Source of the DNA: Phallusia mammillata
Lineage: Eukaryota
Direction of reading: 5' to 3'
Length of the DNA stretch: 64,000 bases
NCBI GenBank assembly: GCA_965637545.1
Contig: OZ281494.1
Location: forward strand, 32,488,001 to 32,552,000
The notes beneath the pieces were generated by a model. It ran no database searches. It was not told the DNA's origin and was given only the letters and a program-made list of their open reading frames with translations. The position numbers and the translations under genes are program-made. Numbering within the stretch: the first letter of the stretch is position 1; every line of letters begins with the position of its first letter. This document shows positions 55,901 to 64,000 of this stretch, one piece after another.

Positions 55901-58900
55901 CAAAATGGCACTAACTACGTTTTTCACAACCAGAAGCGACATCTTTGTGGTTTATTTGCCACGTTTTTACGCGAAATTCCGCAGAACTTGGAAATCGTTT
56001 CGCGTGGTTTCGGAAACGACCTCGTGTGACTCGAATCCTAATGCGTTTCGCCGAAGTACGTAATCGATCTAAAGTTTCTGCGAAATCGCACCCTCCAATG
56101 GTCAAAACCGCAGCTAATTTCGACTCCAGAGGTCCGGATTAAGGTTGGGCCTCTCGAGTGCCTCCTGCTGACAGAAGTAGTACCACTTGATCGAAATAAA
56201 ATGAACATTTTCAAAAAACTTTTTGGACAGCAGTAAAAAGCGATTTTTTAATTTTTGTTTGAAAGAATTGCACCAGCATGATGATGCATAAAAACTTACG
56301 AAGTCATGACACAGCAAAAAAGGAACCGACAAAATCGCTACTAAGCGCCATCAGAATTTTCCTGCAAATGCATTGCCTGCCAAGTTTTTTGAAAATAAGT
56401 TCGTTCGATTGTTATGCAACAAAAATACTGATTGTTACGTCATAAGCGCCCAAGGCGAACTAGGTCAGTGAAGAAATTTCGACCAAACTTCGCTTACATA
56501 ACGGAAGCAGTTATGTAAGGCCGTTGTGACGTCACATTTGGTATGCACAAACTGAAATGTTACGAAACATGAACGATGTGCTTTTGGGCGGCATTGGTTT
56601 GTTTAATCATAAAGGGATTAAAATATTTGAATAGTCTTATATATTTTCAATCGCTCATCGATTTTGGGAGGCAATATCAGTCACTTGATTGAAAATCATT
56701 CGGTTAATCCGGGATGACTTTTGTAGAGATATAACATTGGTAGGGAGGGGCAGATATAAATGCTATGTACAGGATCTGTCCTTATAATAGTAGGTATGTT
56801 AATAAAGAGGGGCAGAAATGAAATATTTCTCCAAATCCCAGCCTTTGGCAACCAAAAAAGAACTTTTCGGGCGGCTAATGTGTGATTCCGATTGTTGCAA
56901 TTTCCTTAAAGAAGCTGTATTCAATTTTATACTGTTCCTAGCCTCATATAAAACAGATAAGGCGTTAAAACAGGCCTTAAGGCGTCAGTTGAGTAAAATT
57001 AAACTGGAAGGGTGGCTTAGCACATATTGCCCTTGCATATACACTATAACCTATTTTAAAACATGAATATATTTCCTATGCTTATTTTGTATTGGGTCCC
57101 ATATTAGCCATCGTCTTTTATAACTTAAGTCGTTTCTGCAGGCAAAAACTCATGGGTCCCCACACATGCAAAGTTGAAAATAATGCAATTCAAGAGATAA
57201 CCATGAGAAAGTCGGGTGTTGTAAGGTAAAACACAGTGATCGGCACTGGGCTTAAATAATAATACTATGTAGAATACAAACTATAAAATTAGATTCACCC
57301 CAGATATTGTTTGAAGTATGTCCTATTTAACGTTTTAAAAAACTGACCCATTTTAGGGGGCTACTAGGGATTGGGTTCGACACACAAACTAAAAAATATA
57401 TAAAAACCACAATGACTCAATCAATAGTACTGCAAAATTTCAGCCCAATCCGCCAATGTTTAAAATTTTGACCACTAGAGGTGTTTTGAGCAACAACCCA
57501 AAACTGTTTCTGACGTCATAGGGCTGTTAACAAGCCCCTAACTGCCATGGCGCAAAAACGACCACCAAGCAACCCACCAACGAGCAACATACAACTGGTT
57601 GCCCTTGTAACACTATTGCTCCAAAGAAATCTTTCGTTTGTGGTGCCCAGTAACATACAAATACGTTTTACACTTTAGGGGCTTGTGGGGTAAATGTTAG
57701 GACTACAGGGTTGAACACAACAATCGACACCTATAAATGGCATACTATACAAGAAATCCAAATTTCAGCCAATTCTGAAACTGTTTAAAAACTCACCCAT
57801 TTTAGGGGGCTAGCGGGGTAAATACTGGGGTTATCAACAAAAACAAAGTGGGATGCACATCTACATGAATATATCTACCATCTGTGTAAATTTCAGCCAA
57901 ATCCATCAAACATTTGATGGAAAAACGAGTCGGACAAACTTTGGGTAAAAACACCCATTTTAGGGGGCGAGCGGGGTAAATACTGGGGTTATCAACAAAA
58001 ACAAAGTGGGATGCACATCTACATACCTATATCTCCCATATGTGTAAATTTCAGCCCAATCCATCAAACATTTGATGGAAAAACGAGTCGGACAAACTTC
58101 CGGGAAAAAATACCTATTTTAGGGGGCTAGCGGGGTAAATACTGGGGTTATCAACAAAACCAAAGTGGGATGCACATCTACATAACTATATCTTCCATCT
58201 GTGTAAATTTCAGCCAAATCCATCAAACATTTGATGGAAAAACGAGTCGGACAAACTTTGGGAAGAAAAAAACAAGGAAGAAAAAAAAAGAAAAAAAACA
58301 AAAACAATTCGAGTAAAATCAATATGTGTCCCCTTCAGCGTAGGGGACCCATAACTAGCGTCATCTACTTCCTACTTTCGTTTACTACGCAAGAAGAACG
58401 CTACCGTTGTAAGCGTAGGTGTTTTTTGTGCATCCGGACAAATAGGTAGAAACGGTTTCTGACATTTACATCAGCGTCTACATCACCCTACTGACGCATA
58501 TAAGCCCGTGTTGCGTAGTTCTACGTTGCAAAAGCCCAAATTGACACAAACATATTTTGGCTGTTTGCAAATGTGCACAATAGGACTTATGGTACAAACA
58601 AGTAAAAACCCCAGAACAAAAATTGACAAACTAGCATTTACATTTTATCAACACGTCCTGCTGAGTTGGTTTGGACGGTCACAGAAAAAAATTATTTTCA
58701 CATTTCACAAAAAATGTCTGTTTTAAACACTTAAGGTGGTTGAAAATGTGGTTACATTTTGTTTAATCCTTGAATTTTTGTTTCACAGATTCCTCTTCAG
58801 TATGAGTCTGATGACGCGGCGAGGCGCAACCAGTATTCGAATCGTTTACAAGAACGGAAGATTCGGATTCGATTCGGAAGAAAGCGAACCCAGCAAGAAA

Positions 58901-59311
58901 TCGAGCAAGTCCCATCGGCACCGAACCGAGAGAACGAAATGCGTTATTCGAATGATACTTCACTACACCAACGCTCTGGCAACCAAAAAACAACGACACT
59001 CCATAGAAGACCACCACGACTCCGTTGCGAACCCTAGCGGCGGAAACATGCACTCCAACGGCGCCACTAGAGGCGGTAGCGCATCCGAAAAACGACAGTT
59101 TTTGTGTTACTCCATTGACCGTGGCACGCGAAAAGAAATTCCCATACAACTCGTTCGGCCGGTAGGTGGTGGTGTACGCAGCCTCCAACAAATCAGCCGA
59201 GCGTGTATAAACAAACAGTGTCGCCTATGGGAAAATCCTTCGGTTATTGAGGACCTACCCCTGCCAGCGGTTTTAAAGAAATATGTAAGGAAGTATCCGT
59301 ATCCCATCTAG
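37952..59311 (+). CDS. SOCS2/CISH-like: Suppressor of cytokine signalling, SOCS2/CISH clade, with a long N-terminal extension; model exons 37952-38020, 43294-44305, 51713-52463, 58789-59311 (784 aa)
   Basis: Exons 3-4 encode an ESS helix (AAQVLCHLAGVFETVEE), an SH2 domain (PWYCG...GTFLLRDSSDSR/FLFSMSLMTRRGATSIRIVYKNGRFGFDS...CVIRMILHY), a PEST-like insert and a C-terminal SOCS box (VRSLQQISRACIN...LPLPAVLKKYVRKYPYPI*). Phases are compatible: 0 (AAG|gtatga to cag|AAA), 1 (G|gtgggt to cag|AT) and 2 (CG|gtaag to cag|A). Exons 3-4 are certain; joining exons 1-2 is inferred from phase and splice-site quality only. Confidence 0.85.
39339..39517. repeat. Local direct duplication, period about 127 bp
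   Basis: acacacttcttgaacgtgaaaatgaaac is identical at 39363-39390 and 39490-39517, preceded by similar caaagccca...aagtcccaag. Confidence 0.8.
44318..44466. mobile_element. 149-bp hAT-type MITE just downstream of the SOCS exon-2 donor
   Basis: TIR cagtagtggaattca / tgaattttaccactg; perfect TSD gttttagg (44310-44317, 44467-44474); gaaccgg subterminal motifs. Confidence 0.88.
52999..54407. promoter_or_regulatory. Cluster of STAT (GAS, TTCYNRGAA) sites in the last SOCS intron
   Basis: TTCTAGGAA at 52999 and 53588, TTCCAAGAA at 54041, TTCCTGGAA at 54399. STAT-driven induction of SOCS/CISH genes is established. Confidence 0.55.
56412..56567. promoter_or_regulatory. Cluster of bZIP-type sites (C/EBP, PAR/NFIL3, CRE)
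   Basis: TTATGCAA 56412, TTACGTCA 56435, TTACATAA 56494, TTATGTAA 56511, TGACGTCA 56527 and TTACGAAA 56560 within about 155 bp. Confidence 0.5.
57330..58358 (+). mobile_element. Putative Helentron-associated (HINE/DINE-1-like) element with internal 158-159 bp tandem repeats
   Basis: Three near-identical units (tagggggc at 57803, 57961, 58120) plus diverged upstream copies (about 57353 and 57675), followed by an A-rich tract and a terminal hairpin gtcccct-tcagcgt-aggggac (58328-58348), then ccataactag. The tandem repeat is certain; the element class and left boundary are inferred. Confidence 0.55.
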
Positions 59312-59496
59312 TTCTTGTGCATGTCCAAATTTATTTCTCTTTTTTATGCAAAGTTGTGGTTTTGGTACTTTCCCCTATGCTGCTTTCTACGTTTTCGGTT
59401 TGAAACCAAACAGTTTTAGAATTAGCAACTTTTACATTATTTTGACATACATCAGCTACTTGATTTCATTTAAAAAAATTTCATTCTTGTCAACAA

Positions 59497-59502
59497 AATA
59501 AA
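59497..59502 (+). terminator. Candidate polyadenylation signal of the SOCS gene
   Basis: AATAAA about 190 nt after the stop; ATTTA motifs nearby in the 3' UTR. Confidence 0.45.
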
Positions 59503-59854
59503 ACATTAAACCACTTGCCAGAACGGTTTGTCGCAACACATTTTGATTTATTTGACTTTACCTAGTCACAATTGCGAGTGTGGCCTGTTGTCACTCCGCT
59601 TGTTTGTTTGTTTTTTCACTATTTATCATCAAGAGTTCCTGAATATTACTATTGTTGTTGTTGTTGAATTCACTGTCAACATGCAGATAGTTTTCTGTTG
59701 TTGTTCAATATTTACGTATCTCCATTAAAAAGCATTTCTATTGCAACTGTTTTTACAAATATATGTTCAAGAAGTGGCAAGCTTGAGTACAGTTAAGTCA
59801 AAGCTCTTTTTGTGAAGGCAACATAGCAATATTGTCAGCAAAGTAAGTTTAGGT

Positions 59855-60616
59855 TTATTGTAGAATAACAAACTGAAATGTTAAGGACTTTAAAGATGAA
59901 ATAGAAAGATATGTTTAACATGTTAATGAACATGTAATAACATACTGCAGGAATCAGCATACATGTTACATAAAATAGTAGAAATTAGTAAAAAAAAATC
60001 ATAGCAGCTTACCTTGTAGTTTGTTAAAAGCTAAGATTCACAATGGTAAACCAACAAAACACTTCTAAAAAGTATAATATGATAAAAAAATAGTTAAAAC
60101 ATTAATTACCTGAAGTTTGAATTCCACTCCATAAAAATTATCTGCAAACTCCACAATGTTTTAACTTGATTTTTCTTATGGTGGTCCAATGGGTTATTAA
60201 ACAAAATTTTACAAATGCCAGTTTGATTAAAAGCAGCAATTTTTAACTAATGGATAAACATATGTACCAGAAAGAAATAACATTTAAACAGTCATAACCT
60301 TACAGACAGCAGCTATTTACCGTTTTGTGCTTTCTTTAACGATTCATTCCACTCTCTTTGGCCAAAGTTTTCAACAACTAAAAGCAACGAAAGCAATAGC
60401 CTAATTTCGTCTTTTAACACCCAACATTTATAACGTGCTGTTTTTTGCCTTGTGGGTTCAAAATACATAAATTATGAAACAATTCTGTTCGCGAAAAGTT
60501 ATTTATTCGCGAAAAAACGGTTGTTTACAAAATTGATAAATCCTACCTTGGATTTGGCCTCAGCTACGAGCGCATTTTTCCTTTCAAAAACGGCACTAAT
60601 CGCAATAAATCCCATG
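59855..60616 (-). other. Possible small spliced transcript (micropeptide or lncRNA); candidate exons 60616-60548, 60400-60321, 60141-60110, 60030-60013, 59872-59855
   Basis: A chain of canonical sites on the minus strand: G|GTAAAT, TTTGCAG|, CAG|GTAATT, TCTTAG|, AAG|GTAAGC and CATTTCAG|. The last four exons splice in one open frame. No homolog recognised. Confidence 0.4.
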
Positions 60617-61981
60617 CGTCGTGGTTGCTATTTTTCTTCCCAGGGGTTTTAGCTATAAATGCCTTGTCTTAAGTTACAAATATTTTAAAGCTTGTCAAAT
60701 CGAAGCAAAATAGGCATGTTATGTTTAACACTGACTGTATCTTAGTTATACTTCTACGTAATCCTTAACATGCAAACTATTTTTTTGTTTTATCCGTTGC
60801 TTCTCAAATACATTTGGAACATTTTTTTCAATAAACTGCCACGTTTTCTTTCATAACTTCTCTTTTTCTTGAAACCAACGCGAAAAATCACAGTTTCAAA
60901 ATGGTATTTTTTTCGTTGAAAGATATTTCCAAAATAGCGGTATGTTTTTGAAAGTTATTTCCTTCACATTTACACAACGGAATGCGCGAATTATGGCAAA
61001 GTCAAATAACACAGTAAATATTATTAATAAAAGTGAGGGATAATACATACTAAACTGTGTGGAATTATATCATGTGTGCCAAGTTTTGCAAAAAAACACC
61101 TAAATTAGTACAGGAAAATGATTTGGTAGTACTGGTGATATATTGTACAAGATTTGTTTTGTATTTTCACATGTACACTAGCATGGTTTAAAGAAATGAT
61201 TACCCAATGTACGTTTTTCATTTAAACGTTTTTCTTCGTTTTCTTTACGATACAAAGTCAAAATTAAACACTGCAAAAATATTTATAAAATCCTGAAGGT
61301 AAAGTTAAAAAGCAAAACATTTTTTTAGCAAACATGAAGGAAAAACGGGATATCTGCATTTTTCTCCAAATTAGTGAAACATAAAAAAAAACATTTTTTC
61401 TTTTCGTAGCAAGACAAAGGTAAAGAAATAAAATTGCTACAAATTATACATCACTTAAAATCTTTTGGAAACATGATCAAAATGAAACTGACAATGGTTA
61501 TAGTGCAGCAATAAACCTTGAAATGAAACAAAGCACAAAAATGGCAACATATAATGTAAAATCTGCACACTAAAACAGATTAAAAGTGTAAATGTAAAAC
61601 AAATCACTACAATAAAGATGAAACATTAATTTTAAGACCTGAAGGTTTTGGAATGCCCAAGCATACTAAAATAAACTACACAAGCTAGAACACAAATGTT
61701 GAAAAAAGTGTGAAAATTACTGTTGAAACTTTAATACCAGCCATAATTCTAAGTAGGCTGCATTTATGATACATTTTTTCAAGCAAATAGATTTACCAGC
61801 TTTCAGCAAAGCATAGTGTATCTTAAGCAAACAAGGCTTCAAAGGCAAACAATTTTTGCATTAACACAGAACACTGGCAAAATTTTAACTGGATTTTGAG
61901 TTGAAAGTAGTAAGTAGTACTAGCAAACATCTTAAAAAATATTCGGAAGCCAAAACTGATATCTCATACATAAGTATGAAG

Positions 61982-63999
<2,018 letters not shown>

Positions 64000-64000
64000 A

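Noticed and set aside
60857-61420. Plus-strand TOP-like pyrimidine tract, ATG|gt at 60901 and a possible 10-nt microexon at 61410-61419
   Set aside because: No convincing downstream coding exon or stop/poly(A) structure; the region is better explained as copine 3' flank.

Overview
AT-rich eukaryotic genomic DNA with GT-AG introns. The composition and gene style suggest an invertebrate chordate such as an ascidian, but that is inference only. The ORF track is mostly fragments of spliced exons or chance ORFs. Manual splicing gives five protein genes. (1) The 3' part of an ADAP1/centaurin-alpha gene (+, 1-5696). (2) A complete 330-aa protein phosphatase 1 catalytic subunit (+, 8294-13625). (3) A complete 155-aa TMEM208 (+, 14694-17081). 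(4) A SOCS2/CISH-like gene (+, about 37952-59311) with an SH2 domain, a SOCS box and a long Cys/His-containing N-terminal extension. (5) The 3' end of a copine (-, 63993 to 61982) with two tandemly duplicated alternative terminal exons. A possible small microexon-containing transcript lies on the minus strand at 59.85-60.6 kb. The non-coding DNA holds about 11 short hAT-type elements with 8-bp target-site duplications, a (TA)n-containing MITE pair, two unrelated ~160-bp tandem arrays (one Helentron/HINE-like), and dense STAT (GAS), CRE and other bZIP motifs across the SOCS locus, including inside coding exons. I found no CRISPR array, rRNA or intact tRNA. All coordinates and motif counts were done by hand and need computational confirmation.
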